Assembly (NCBI GenBank): GCA_965203805.1
Contig: OZ241917.1
Coordinates: 4,416,001-4,480,000 of the forward strand
Length of the DNA: 64,000 bases
From: Candidatus Latescibacterota bacterium
GTDB lineage: Bacteria > Latescibacterota > UBA2968 > GCA-2709665
Direction: 5' to 3'
The position numbers and the translations under genes were made by a program. Of this stretch, positions 1-13,091 are shown piece after piece (the first letter of the stretch is position 1; every line of letters starts with the position of its first letter). The notes below the pieces were generated by a model. It saw only the letters and a program-made list of their open reading frames with translations. It did no database searches and was not told the DNA's origin.

Positions 1-104
1 GGATTTCGACGCTTTAAGGTATACAGGCAGTGCGAAGAATCATGTACGCAGATTTCATCGACGTTTTGCTGCAAGATTCGAACGCTGCCTGTTCGCTCCA
101 CTTC

Positions 105-3374
<3,270 letters not shown>

Positions 3375-3390
3375 TTCAGACCGTCCTATG

Positions 3391-5040
3391 CTATGGGAAG
3401 ACGCCTCTCAGGAGCTTCGCCTGAGTCACGCGGTGAATGCCCTCTATCAGCGCCGCTGTACGCATATCCAGCCCATCGCGTTCGGACCGCCGTATTGTCC
3501 GCCGGAACGCGTGGAGCAGTATCTGCCTTAGCCGCTCGTTGATTTCGTCGAGGGTCCACATATAATTCTGGGTGTCCTGCACCCACTCGAAATAGGAAAC
3601 CGTAACCCCTCCGGCGTTTCCGAGCACATCCGGAAGAACAAACACGTCCTTGTCTTTCAGGATCTCATCGGCCTCCAGTGTGGTGGGGCCGTTGGCGCCT
3701 TCGGCCAGAATCCTGCATGAGATGTTGTCGGCATTGTCCACGGTGATCTGATTCTGCAGGGCCGCGGGTACAAGAATGTCGCACGGTATCTCGAGCAATT
3801 CCCGATTGCTCACGGCATCTCCGCCGGTGTAACCTTCCAGAACCTGGTTTTCATCCGTATGTCGCAGCAGCGAATCCACGGACAGGCCATCGGGGTTGTA
3901 AATGCCGGTGGTCACGTCGCTTACGCCCACGAGCCTGACCCCGCAGGCGTCCAGAAACCGCGCGGCATTGCTCCCCACGTTCCCGAACCCCTGGACGATG
4001 GCGGTCGCGTTGTTCAGGTCCATCCCGATATGTGCGGCCGCTTCCTCCACGAGATACACCAGCCCACGCCCCGTCGCCTCACGGCGGCCTTCCGAGCCGC
4101 CCAGTACCACCGGCTTGCCCGTGACGACCGCGGGCACCGTATGTCCCGTCTGGTGGCTGTAGATGTCCATCATCCACGCCATGACGTGTTCGTCCGTGCC
4201 CATGTCGGGCGCGGGGATGTCCTTTTGCGGTCCGATCACGTCGATGATCTCCGACGTATACCGGCGTGTCAGGCGCTGCAGTTCGGTACGAGAGAGGACG
4301 GTGGGGTCAATCCGGACGCCCCCCTTGGCGCCGCCGAACGGGAGGTTCATCAGGGCGCACTTCCAGGTCATCCACATGGCCAGGGCGGTCACCTCGCCCA
4401 GGTTCACGTCGTGATGGTATCGAACGCCGCCCTTGGTGGGCCCCATCGTCAAGACATGCTGGATCCGGTATCCGGCAACCGTTTCCACGTATTCGTGTTC
4501 GTCCCGCCGGAACGGAAACGTGACGACGTGGGTGCGCTGGGGAAACAGCAGCCGCTGCCGGATATTGTCATCCAGTTCCATCAGGTGGGCGGCCTTGAGA
4601 AACTGCTGCTGCGCCAGCCGGAACATGGGCGATTCCCATTCGGCGTGCTGCGCCCGGCTGCGCTCCACGGCGTATCGAATCGACCGCACCAGCAACGCGC
4701 CGTTCATATTCGACTTGACGAGATAATCCTGCGCGCCTGCCTCAACGGCTCGCGCCGCGAGTTTGATATCCTGCAGGCCGGACAGGATCACAACCGGCAG
4801 GTCCGGATATGACGCGCGGACCCGGAAGTACGTATCCAGGTCCTCGCTGTCGGGCAGCACGAGGTCCAGCAGCAACAGCTCATACCCGTCCGCCGCAAGC
4901 CGGTTCAGCCCTTCCGCGAGCGTTCCCGCCAGATCCACCTCGAACTCCGGGCCCTCGGATTTGGCGAGCAGTTCCCGAATCAGGCGGGTGTGAAGCGGAT
5001 TGTCCTCAATCAGCAGCGTCTTCAGGCTTTTTCCTGGCAT
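3391..5040 (-). CDS. Response-regulator receiver domain fused to Glu/Leu/Phe/Val (glutamate) dehydrogenase
   Basis: aa ~1-125 REC (LLIEDN, LLLDLVLPD, ILSG, YLVK), then GDH motifs PTKGGVRY, MTWKCA, PFGGAKGG, DIPAPDMGT, ATGRG, QGFGNVG, EGANGP, NAGGVTVSYFEW. Confidence 0.93.
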   Translation of the reverse strand: MPGKSLKTLLIEDNPLHTRLIRELLAKSEGPEFEVDLAGTLAEGLNRLAADGYELLLLDLVLPDSEDLDTYFRVRASYPDLPVVILSGLQDIKLAARAVEAGAQDYLVKSNMNGALLVRSIRYAVERSRAQHAEWESPMFRLAQQQFLKAAHLMELDDNIRQRLLFPQRTHVVTFPFRRDEHEYVETVAGYRIQHVLTMGPTKGGVRYHHDVNLGEVTALAMWMTWKCALMNLPFGGAKGGVRIDPTVLSRTELQRLTRRYTSEIIDVIGPQKDIPAPDMGTDEHVMAWMMDIYSHQTGHTVPAVVTGKPVVLGGSEGRREATGRGLVYLVEEAAAHIGMDLNNATAIVQGFGNVGSNAARFLDACGVRLVGVSDVTTGIYNPDGLSVDSLLRHTDENQVLEGYTGGDAVSNRELLEIPCDILVPAALQNQITVDNADNISCRILAEGANGPTTLEADEILKDKDVFVLPDVLGNAGGVTVSYFEWVQDTQNYMWTLDEINERLRQILLHAFRRTIRRSERDGLDMRTAALIEGIHRVTQAKLLRGVFP

Positions 5041-5100
5041 AGCCCCGTTGTCCGCGCGATTTCAAGTTTGTGACGCGTGCCTCGATACAGTCCTATCGGA

Positions 5101-5129
5101 TATTTAGTCCTATTGCCGATTTGTGTCAA
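5101..5129 (-). promoter_or_regulatory. Putative sigma70 promoter of the REC-GDH/kinase operon
   Basis: Minus strand TTGACA (5129-5124), 17-nt spacer, TAAATA (5106-5101), ~60 nt upstream of the start; the -10 element is imperfect. Confidence 0.4.
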
Positions 5130-5282
5130 GCCCAAAGCGCTAAATGACACGCTATCGCACGATTCCGCTACGCCGTGTACGGAAAAAAGGCAGGGTATCT
5201 CCAATGCCCCGCCCGTCTTTCGCCCCCAAACCGGTCCCATTCAGTAAGACGAATGGATCCGCTTCGGGTTGCACGTTGTCCG

Positions 5283-6254
5283 TCACCGGTGTTCCCGGCG
5301 CAGGTCCAGCCAGTCCAGTTCTTCCGGCGTCAACCGGATTTCCATGGCCTCCCGGTTCAATCGGCTTTCCTCGACTGTTCTGCAGCCAGACACCGTGAAG
5401 ACGTTCAGGGGCTGGTTGAAGAGAAACGCGAGCGCGACCTGCGCGACGGTCTTCCCGCGCGCCCCGGCAAGTTCGGTCGCACGTTCCAGTCGGGTGAAGT
5501 TTTCTTCGTGGCCATAGACCTGCGCACAGCCTACCGTCGTTTGTTTCGACATTTGAGCGATGTTCTCCCGGGTCAGCAGGCCGGAGAAAAACCCCTGCGC
5601 CAGGCTGGACCAGGAGAATACCGGCATCTGCGATTCCCGGTACCAGGCCCGTTCCTCGACCCCTTGAGGACCGGATATACTCAGACAGCCCTCCCAGATC
5701 TCATTCATTCGCACGGCCAGGCTGAAGTTCGGGCTGCTGGCAACAAAGGGCCTCAGACCGTGCTCCCGTGCATACGAATTCGCCTCGCGGATCCGGCTCG
5801 CCGACCAGTTGGACCCGCCGAAAGCGCGGATACGACCCTCCGACGCGTGTCCGTTCAACGCCTCCACGAGCGGTCCGACCGGCGCCTCCGGATCGTCCCG
5901 GTGAAGCAGATAGAGGTCGATATAATCTGTCCGGAGCCGCGCCAGCGAATCGAAGAGGTCGGACGCGACGTCGAACACCGTCACCCTGCGGCTGCGGTCC
6001 GCGTTGGGATGGCCGCCCTTGCTCAGAATGAACACATCGCTTCGATTGCCGCGCCGGTCCATCCACGCGCCCAGCGCCCGCTCCGCCTTTCCGTTTCCAT
6101 AGACGGGCGCGGTATCGAAGCTGTTGCAGCCCTCCGCCCGGATCCCGTCAAGAAGGTCGATGCTCCGCTCGAGATCGTCCGTCGAGACCATCAACGTGCC
6201 CTGGACCAGCCGGGAAACCGGTTTGTCAATCCCCTCGATTCGGCCGTATATCAT
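5283..6254 (-). CDS. Aldo/keto reductase
   Basis: FDTAPVYG, ILSKGGHP, SLARLRTDYIDLYLLHRDD, GRIRAFGGSNW; start trimmed to MIYGRIEG because the upstream ORF extension is AT-rich non-coding-like sequence. Confidence 0.9.
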   Translation of the reverse strand: MIYGRIEGIDKPVSRLVQGTLMVSTDDLERSIDLLDGIRAEGCNSFDTAPVYGNGKAERALGAWMDRRGNRSDVFILSKGGHPNADRSRRVTVFDVASDLFDSLARLRTDYIDLYLLHRDDPEAPVGPLVEALNGHASEGRIRAFGGSNWSASRIREANSYAREHGLRPFVASSPNFSLAVRMNEIWEGCLSISGPQGVEERAWYRESQMPVFSWSSLAQGFFSGLLTRENIAQMSKQTTVGCAQVYGHEENFTRLERATELAGARGKTVAQVALAFLFNQPLNVFTVSGCRTVEESRLNREAMEIRLTPEELDWLDLRREHR

Positions 6255-6312
6255 CGGCAGTCCCATATTAAATATGATATATTCATATACTCTAATTAAT
6301 ATGTATTGCAAT

Positions 6313-6453
6313 GTCGAATAGCAGCGATCAGCCTTCAGCGGTCAGCTTAAAGCAAGGTCGAAAATCAAATTCAACATCCACATCTCCCCAAATTCCCTGC
6401 CGTCGAAAAGCAGCTATCAGCGGTCAGTCTTCAGCCGTCAGCTTGAATCAAAA
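6313..6453. repeat. Two imperfect direct repeats made of TCAGCnn heptads
   Basis: gtcgaatagcagcgatcagccttcagcggtcagcttaaagcaa (6313-6355) and gtcgaaaagcagctatcagcggtcagtcttcagccgtcagcttgaatcaaa (6402-6452). Confidence 0.75.
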
Positions 6454-6520
6454 GCCAAACCCGTTGACGTCTGCACCATAACATGACGGCATCGGACGAA
6501 ACGCAGACCTCTCCCCCCTG

Positions 6521-6545
6521 CCCCCTCTCCCGGGGGGAGAGGGGG
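6521..6545. repeat. REP-like palindrome CCCCCTCTCCC-ggg-GGGAGAGGGGG
   Basis: Perfect 11-bp stem with a 3-nt loop just downstream of the 6569-7555 gene. Confidence 0.7.
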
Positions 6546-6568
6546 AGAAGAGCTGGCGGGCTCAATGC

Positions 6569-7555
6569 TTATTCCATAGGAAATTTCAGCCCGATCTGAT
6601 CGCGGATCGTGTCCATCGTCCCCATGATCGCGACGGATTCGTCCAGCGGGATTTCGTCGCTCTCGAGTTTCCCTTCGCGCAGATAACGTCCCACCGCTTC
6701 CGCCTGGCAATTGTACCCGTTCCCGTCGAACGGGTGTTCGACCGTCGTCTCCTCGCCGCCTTTCACGAGCGTCGCGGTCGTTCCGCGCCAGTACGGCGGA
6801 TGGATGCGAATCATCCCTTCGGTGCCCATGATGTGAGCCCAGTGGGACGTGCTGCACTGGATCGACGTATACAGCATGGCCATTTCGCCCCCGTCGTATC
6901 CAAGCATCATCCCCGCCTGCTCGTCCACCTTCAGATCGCCGATGTGGGCCATGCCCGCCACCCGCGACGGCGCGCGCCGGAACACCATGGAGGCGAACGA
7001 GAGCGAGTAGATGCCCACGTCCATCAGCGCACCGCCGCCCAGCGCCGGGTCATAGAGGCGTGACTTCGTGCTGCCGGGACGCGACCCGAACCCGAAATCC
7101 GCCGCGACCATCCGGACGTCTCCGATCGCGCCTTCCGCCAACCACTTTCGCACCTGAATCATGATCGGCAGGAAGCGGGTCCACATGGCCTCCATCAGAA
7201 AGAGGCCTTCCTCGCGCGCAACGGCAACGAGTTCCGCGGCTTCCGGTCGATTGATGGTGAAGGGCTTCTCGCACAGGACCGCCTTCCCCGCCTTGAGACA
7301 AAGGATGCTGTTCTCCTTGTGGAAGGTATGCGGTGTGGCAACGTAAATGACGTCCACGTCCGGGTCGTTCGCGAGGGCCTCATAGCTCGCGTGCCTCCGT
7401 GAAATGCCGAATTCGTCTCCGAACGCATCCGCCGCCTGCTGAGTCCGCGACCCCACGGCAACCGGTTCCGCGTCCACAACCGCCGCCAGGCCCTTCACGA
7501 ACGACTTTGCGATGGCACCCGTGCTCAGGATACCCCATCGAGTGCTGTTGGCCAT
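6569..7555 (-). CDS. Gfo/Idh/MocA family oxidoreductase (dihydrodiol/xylose dehydrogenase-like)
   Basis: RWGILSTGAIA, YVATPHTFH, VLCEKPF, LMEAMWTRF, GGGALMDVGIY; start MANSTRWG follows a purine-rich RBS. Confidence 0.92.
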   Translation of the reverse strand: MANSTRWGILSTGAIAKSFVKGLAAVVDAEPVAVGSRTQQAADAFGDEFGISRRHASYEALANDPDVDVIYVATPHTFHKENSILCLKAGKAVLCEKPFTINRPEAAELVAVAREEGLFLMEAMWTRFLPIMIQVRKWLAEGAIGDVRMVAADFGFGSRPGSTKSRLYDPALGGGALMDVGIYSLSFASMVFRRAPSRVAGMAHIGDLKVDEQAGMMLGYDGGEMAMLYTSIQCSTSHWAHIMGTEGMIRIHPPYWRGTTATLVKGGEETTVEHPFDGNGYNCQAEAVGRYLREGKLESDEIPLDESVAIMGTMDTIRDQIGLKFPME

Positions 7556-7631
7556 TTCCTCTTCCTCTCTGCGAATTACGGGTTCGCGCGGCACCCGCGG
7601 TCTGAAGCGACGGGTGGAATGCAGACGATTA

Positions 7632-9485
7632 TCAGCCGGCCTGGCGTGCGGCTCCGTCCTCGTCCGCGGAGAGCACGCGGGGCGACAGGGCCTCCAGTTG
7701 CGCCAGGGGCGCCTCCAGGCTGCGAATCGCCTGCACCCAGAAGTCCGGCTGTTCGAGGTCGCTTCCGATACTGCGTTTCGCCACGTTCTCGGCGTTGTCG
7801 CTGCCGGTTAACCGCAGGAAACTTTCGTACCGGGGCAGGAAGTCCGGCCCCTCCTTCTTGAACATGGCAAAGAGCCCGCGGCTCAGCAGATAGCCGAACG
7901 TGTACGGAAAATTGTAAAACGTGACTCCCGTGATATAGAAATGGAGCTTGGAAGCCCAGAACCAGGGGTCCTCTTGCTCCTCCTGAAGCACGTCGCCGAA
8001 TACCCCGCGCTGCTTCTCGGTCATCAGCGCCTTCAACCGGGATACGCTCAGTTCTCCGCTGCCGCGCTCTTCATAGAGCGCCTTTTCGAACTCAAACCGC
8101 ACCGGGATGTCCATCAGATAAGCGCCGGCGTGTCCCACCTCCGAGTCGAGAACCACGGCTTTCCGGAGGTCGTCCGCATCCGGGTCCGAAAGGACGCCGT
8201 CGGCCAGAATCATCTCCGCGAACGTCGAGGCCGACTCCGCCAGCGTCATGGGATAATGCCTTGCGAAGGGCCGCAAATCGCGCATCACGTGGCTGTGAAA
8301 CGCGTGCCCGGCCTCGTGCGCGAGCGTCAGGGTGTCGCCCATCGTATTGTTGTACGTCATGAATATCCGAGACTCGGAGATCATCGTCGATCCCGTACAG
8401 AAGCCCCCGGGACGTTTCCCGGCGCGTGGCTCGTAGTCGATCCACCGCCTGTCGTACATGTCCTGGGTAAACCTTCCCAGGGCCGGATAGGCCCTGGCGA
8501 ACGCACCCTGCACCATGGCGGTCCCCTCATCCCAATCCATCGGCGACACATCGGGAAAGGGCAGCGGCGCGCCGAGGTCATACCAGGCCACCTTGTCCAC
8601 GCCCATCGCCTTCGCCCGGAAACGCTGGATCCGTCGCCCCACCTCGATTTCGGAGAATATCGCGTCGAACATCGCATCGAGCGTCTTCCGCGTGATGGCG
8701 GACTGGAACAGGGCGACCTCCAGAAAGTGCGGCACCTCGCGATAGCGATTCATGGTCAGCCGCGTACCGGAGATTGCGTTCAATGCGGCCGCCGCGACGT
8801 CTTCCACGCTCTCCCACGCGGCATTGCCCCTCTCGAACGCGGCCCGCCGGACCCGTCGGTCCGGATTCTCCATCAGCGACCGCCGCTGCGAAATGGGTAC
8901 CTTCTCCTCCCGGCCGCCGGGAAACCGCATCTCGAACTCCAGCTTTCCCGACAGGGTATCGTAGAGCCGGCCCCACGCCGAGATACCGTCCACTCTCAGG
9001 TCCGCCGCGAGCGACTCTCTCGCCGAGTCCATCGTGTACCGCGCCTCGCGGCGCATCCGTGCCAGGGCATAGCCTGCGTCCGAAAGCGAGTCCCGGCTCG
9101 CGAGCGCCTCGAAGGCTTCGTCGGACGCCGCCTTCAATCCCCTCAACAACTCCGTCTGAAGCTTGGACGCCTCGGCGTATTGAAGCGTCAATGCGGCTTC
9201 CTCCTTCAGATACGTCTCGTTTCGGGCGTCGGCGGCCGTCAGACATCCCACGTAGGAGGCCAGATGGCGCAGCCGGGCGAACAGGTCTTCGCAACGGACG
9301 AAGACGTCTCCCCAGGATTCAATATTACCGTCGTCCAACTGCTCCAGCGTCCTCGCCGTGTCCAGCAGGTCCCGGGTATCCGAGTCCAGTTCCTGCTTGA
9401 ACCGCTCCATCTCGGGCCCGTTGAACGCCGGGAAGTAGCTTGTCAGGTCCCAGTTCATCCCCTCTTCGACAGCAGTCTCCACCAT
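7632..9485 (-). CDS. pepF: M3 family oligoendopeptidase F
   Basis: WDLTSYF N-terminus, GKRPGGFCT, TLAHEAGHAFH (HExxH), LAESASTFAE, KLHFY, FYNFPYTFGYL. Confidence 0.92.
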   Translation of the reverse strand: MVETAVEEGMNWDLTSYFPAFNGPEMERFKQELDSDTRDLLDTARTLEQLDDGNIESWGDVFVRCEDLFARLRHLASYVGCLTAADARNETYLKEEAALTLQYAEASKLQTELLRGLKAASDEAFEALASRDSLSDAGYALARMRREARYTMDSARESLAADLRVDGISAWGRLYDTLSGKLEFEMRFPGGREEKVPISQRRSLMENPDRRVRRAAFERGNAAWESVEDVAAAALNAISGTRLTMNRYREVPHFLEVALFQSAITRKTLDAMFDAIFSEIEVGRRIQRFRAKAMGVDKVAWYDLGAPLPFPDVSPMDWDEGTAMVQGAFARAYPALGRFTQDMYDRRWIDYEPRAGKRPGGFCTGSTMISESRIFMTYNNTMGDTLTLAHEAGHAFHSHVMRDLRPFARHYPMTLAESASTFAEMILADGVLSDPDADDLRKAVVLDSEVGHAGAYLMDIPVRFEFEKALYEERGSGELSVSRLKALMTEKQRGVFGDVLQEEQEDPWFWASKLHFYITGVTFYNFPYTFGYLLSRGLFAMFKKEGPDFLPRYESFLRLTGSDNAENVAKRSIGSDLEQPDFWVQAIRSLEAPLAQLEALSPRVLSADEDGAARQAG

Positions 9486-9496
9486 TCGTTCCTTTC

Positions 9497-10633
9497 TCAG
9501 ATTTCGTGTTCCACGCCCAGAATCCTTGCCGTGGTCCCCCCCATGATCATCTTCAGATCGTCCCCGCCCAGGAACGTGCAGTACTTCTCAATCCACCGCC
9601 TGGATTGCCGGTAGGTACAGAACCTGTTCTGAAACGGCATGTCCGTGCCCCAGTTCAGGTGATCTGCGCCCACATGCTCGACCATGGACTCCAGGACCGG
9701 CCAGACCTCACGGTAGGGAAAGTCGAACCAGTCTCCGATTCGGACCGGAAAGCAGACTTCCAGATTGCAGTTGGGGTTCTCGAACGGCAACCAGATGTCG
9801 GGCGGCATGGGCATGAAAACGTCGTCCGCGACGAACGCGCGCCAGGGAAATCCGTGGGTCAGGTTGACCACCACGTCCGGGTACCGTTCCATCCAGCGGA
9901 TCAACGTCTTCTGTTCGTCCAGGTAGCCCTGACGGGCGCCGTCCGGCGTCATCCGCCGCGTCACGTCTCCCGGTCCGGAGCCCAGCGTAAAGAAGATCGG
10001 CACGCCCAGAGACGTCGCCGCGTCCCAGAACGGGTGACATGATGGCGCGTCCCACGGTTCGGCGGTGCCGAAATAGGCCGGCCGGGCGTTGAACTTGATC
10101 GCGTGGAGACGATGTACCGCAATGGCTGTCCGGAGTTCTTCGATGACCGCATCCGTTTCGGTACGGATGCGCCACTCGTCCACGGGCGCCATGGAACGGA
10201 GCCGGTCGGGGTACTGACGCACGCAATCGGCAAGGAATTCGCTGTTGCGGGTCAACATCGGATTCGTATGGATGAGCGCCATGTCCACGCCCGCGTAATC
10301 CATCTCCGCGATCAGGCTGTGCGGCGTGAACTCCAGGTTCCGCAAGTTGGGCGGATAGAATTGTTTCGTATAGTCCTCTCCGTCGATCGTCCAGACCACG
10401 CGCCCCTTCTGTCTGTCCACGCGGAAGTCCGCATCGGGCAGGTCCCGCCAGGACTCGTAATCCCGCGGGATGAGTCCGTCCGAAGTCGCCGGCGCCCGGT
10501 CCCGCACGCGCCAGGCCGGCTGATGGTGCAGTCCCTGGGCCTCCTGGACCCACTTCAGGTGCGCCGCGCTGTCTTCGAACCCGGCCGGATCGTCCCCCGG
10601 CTCGAAACAATACGCGTGGGAATCGAATATCAT
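9497..10633 (-). CDS. Amidohydrolase family protein (amidohydro_2-like)
   Basis: IFDSHAY, LIAEMDYAGVDMALI, LTHGFP, LNWGTDMPF, IMGGTTARIL. Confidence 0.8.
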   Translation of the reverse strand: MIFDSHAYCFEPGDDPAGFEDSAAHLKWVQEAQGLHHQPAWRVRDRAPATSDGLIPRDYESWRDLPDADFRVDRQKGRVVWTIDGEDYTKQFYPPNLRNLEFTPHSLIAEMDYAGVDMALIHTNPMLTRNSEFLADCVRQYPDRLRSMAPVDEWRIRTETDAVIEELRTAIAVHRLHAIKFNARPAYFGTAEPWDAPSCHPFWDAATSLGVPIFFTLGSGPGDVTRRMTPDGARQGYLDEQKTLIRWMERYPDVVVNLTHGFPWRAFVADDVFMPMPPDIWLPFENPNCNLEVCFPVRIGDWFDFPYREVWPVLESMVEHVGADHLNWGTDMPFQNRFCTYRQSRRWIEKYCTFLGGDDLKMIMGGTTARILGVEHEI

Positions 10634-10642
10634 ATTCGGCTC

Positions 10643-11443
10643 CTAAGCCGCGTTTTGTTCGGGCATCATTGCGCCTTCACCGAAGATCATCGAGAACGAC
10701 GACTTTCGACTGGATTGTGTCCGCGCGTCGATATAACACGCGCTGAACGCCCGCCTGGGAATGTCCATCCGGTTCACCCCGGACCGGTGCAGCAGCCAGT
10801 TGTGAAGAATCACCACGTCCCCGGCGTCCATCGTCAGGTCCACGATCCGGTCTTCAGGGCACCACTCCTGCTCGTGTTCGTCCGAAATCGTGTGCCCCTG
10901 CTCGCTGAGAATGCCCAGATGGTGGGACCCCGGCACCACCTGCACGCATCCGTTCTCCGGTGTGGCCGGGTCCAGCGCCGTCCAGACCGTGACCAGCGGG
11001 TCCCGGTCCACGTACCATGAAGACCCTCCGTCCTGATGCCAGGGCAGGTCGGAGCCCTTATGCGCGGGTTTGTTCATGAACATCGCCCGGAAACATGCGA
11101 TCGACGCGTGCGCGCCGTATATATATGCGCAAATTTCCCCGAAGACCGGCTTCTGCATATAGGCCAGAAACAGGGAATCGAACTCCAGACCCTGAATCTT
11201 GCGGTAATTCAGACTCGCTCCCTGGTGGCCGATTCCGCCGCCCCGCACCTCTTCGTACCGGTCGGTGTTCGCGTCGATCTGCATCGTCAACCGGCCGTAG
11301 TCCAGCGACGCCCTACCCAGCATGATCTCGTCGATCCGCCGCTGCAAACCGGCCAGTTCCTCTTTGCTGCATTGCATGCCGATTTTCAGGAATCCGTCCC
11401 GGTGGTAATCGCTCCACCGGTCCTGCGAAATGATCCGCTGCAT
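10643..11443 (-). CDS. Phytanoyl-CoA dioxygenase (PhyH) family Fe(II)/2-oxoglutarate dioxygenase
   Basis: YHRDGF, PWHQDG (HxD), WTALDPATPENGCVQVVPGSH, LLHRSGVN..RRA; start MQRIISQD at 11443 because the longer ORF overlaps the upstream ligase. Confidence 0.9.
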   Translation of the reverse strand: MQRIISQDRWSDYHRDGFLKIGMQCSKEELAGLQRRIDEIMLGRASLDYGRLTMQIDANTDRYEEVRGGGIGHQGASLNYRKIQGLEFDSLFLAYMQKPVFGEICAYIYGAHASIACFRAMFMNKPAHKGSDLPWHQDGGSSWYVDRDPLVTVWTALDPATPENGCVQVVPGSHHLGILSEQGHTISDEHEQEWCPEDRIVDLTMDAGDVVILHNWLLHRSGVNRMDIPRRAFSACYIDARTQSSRKSSFSMIFGEGAMMPEQNAA

Positions 11444-11516
11444 AAAGTTATCCCCCAATGTCGATGGAATCGACGGCGTGTGCTCCACAAGTTGGTCCGG
11501 TTCGGGATGTCCATCG

Positions 11517-13091
11517 TCACGACGAGGATGCCAGCCGGTCGCGTACGACCTGCTTCCGGATTTTTCCCACCGACGTCCTCGGCAGCGCATCCACGAACGC
11601 GACCCGGTCCGGGACCTTGAACGCCGCGAGCCGCTTCGCGCAATACGACCGTATCGTTTCCTCGCTCTCATTCGCGTCCGGTACCAACACGACGGCCGCG
11701 ACGACGCGTTCGTCGCGAATCTCGTCGGGAACGCCCACCACACAGACATCCGCCACACCCGAGCACTCCTGGATCACCCCCTCCACTTCGATGCTCGAGA
11801 TATTCTCTCCGGAACGCTTGATGAGGTCCTTTCCCCGGTCCAGAAAATACAGAAACCCGTCTTCATCCGCACGTACTGTATCTCCTGAATACAGCCAGGT
11901 CCCGTCCGCCCGTCGCCGCAGGGTTTCGGCCGTGGCCTCCGGATTCTTCAGATAACCCAGCATGACCGTTCGTCCGGGAATTCCCCGCACAATCAATTCG
12001 CCCGGCCTACCCGCACACACTTCCCCGCCCTTTCCGTCCACCACGTTCACGCCGTACCCGGGCACCGGCTTCCCCATTGCCGAAAGGTTGCGCTCGTCCG
12101 TCAACGGACTCATCACCGGGAGCCCGCACGTCTCCGTCATCCCCCACAACTGCTGCAGCGGCGCCCTGAACCGCCGGCGCCAGGCTTCGTATTGGCTCGA
12201 CGTGAGATTCTGGGCGAAGGTGACGTTCCGGATCCCGTGGGCTGCGTCGGTCTTCCGCGCCGGCTGGTTCAGCAGCATCCGCAGCAATGCCCCGAACATC
12301 GCGGCCATTGTGCAGCCGTATACGATCGCCTGTTCGAAGAACCGGCCCGCGCTGAACCGGGACATCACCGCCACGCTCGCGCCGGTCACCAGAGACGGCC
12401 ACAGCGCGTGGCACTGCGCGCCCGCGTGAAAGAGGGGAAGCACCACCAGGTGCCGGTCGTCCCGCCGCAGCCCCGAACCCGCGGCGAACACTTCCGCGCC
12501 GTAGACGAAACAGGCATTGGTGAGCATCACCCCTTTAGGCCGCGAGGTCGTGCCGGAGGTGTAAAGGAGCTGCACCACACGCTCGGCCGCGCCGCGTCCG
12601 TCGGGCGGTTCCGCGCGCTGCCCGGAGAGCGCGTCTTCGTAAACCGGGTATCCGCCGGGGACCTCGTCGCCCGTTTTGCATACCACAACGGGAATCTTCG
12701 AATCCGCCGCGACCTGTTTGGCCGCGTCCAGACTTCCCGGCTCTGCAAATATCAACCTGCTCCCGGAATGCCCGACCAGGTACGCCAGTTCATCCTCCGT
12801 GGAAGCCGGATTCGTGGGCATTGCCGTCGCCCCGAGGTGCGATGCGGCGAGGATCAGCTGCGCATAGGCCGGATGGTTGGACAGGTGCAGGTTGAAGACG
12901 TCCCCGGCGCGGATCCCGAACTCGCCCAGCAGATTGACTGCCTGATGCACACCCTCCAGGAACGCGGCGTACGTCCAGCGGCAGACCCTCCCGTCCGCCC
13001 GTTCGTAGACCATCCACTCCCGGTCCGGTTGCCTGCCGGCGTAATCTGCGAAATCCAGGTACAGCGTCCGGTCCGCCGCAACGTCGATCAT
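11517..13091 (-). CDS. AMP-dependent acyl-CoA ligase, crotonobetaine/carnitine-CoA ligase (CaiC)-like
   Basis: YTSGTTSRPKG, WGMTET, SGD, DRGKDLIKRSGENISS, LPRTSVGKI. Confidence 0.9.
   Translation of the reverse strand: MIDVAADRTLYLDFADYAGRQPDREWMVYERADGRVCRWTYAAFLEGVHQAVNLLGEFGIRAGDVFNLHLSNHPAYAQLILAASHLGATAMPTNPASTEDELAYLVGHSGSRLIFAEPGSLDAAKQVAADSKIPVVVCKTGDEVPGGYPVYEDALSGQRAEPPDGRGAAERVVQLLYTSGTTSRPKGVMLTNACFVYGAEVFAAGSGLRRDDRHLVVLPLFHAGAQCHALWPSLVTGASVAVMSRFSAGRFFEQAIVYGCTMAAMFGALLRMLLNQPARKTDAAHGIRNVTFAQNLTSSQYEAWRRRFRAPLQQLWGMTETCGLPVMSPLTDERNLSAMGKPVPGYGVNVVDGKGGEVCAGRPGELIVRGIPGRTVMLGYLKNPEATAETLRRRADGTWLYSGDTVRADEDGFLYFLDRGKDLIKRSGENISSIEVEGVIQECSGVADVCVVGVPDEIRDERVVAAVVLVPDANESEETIRSYCAKRLAAFKVPDRVAFVDALPRTSVGKIRKQVVRDRLASSS

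Noticed and set aside
23-92. Imperfect inverted repeat acaggcagtg...cgctgcctgt downstream of the kinase
   Set aside because: Large loop, no U-tract, and at the window edge, so no function can be assigned.
6313-6453. Direct repeats as a mini CRISPR array
   Set aside because: Only two unequal copies built of internal heptads, and no cas genes.
11444-11758. N-terminal extension of the PhyH ORF (similar extensions at 23548-23718, 33509-33715, 35379-35786, 53436-53540)
   Set aside because: They overlap neighbouring genes or repeats; the downstream starts fit domain boundaries and RBS better.
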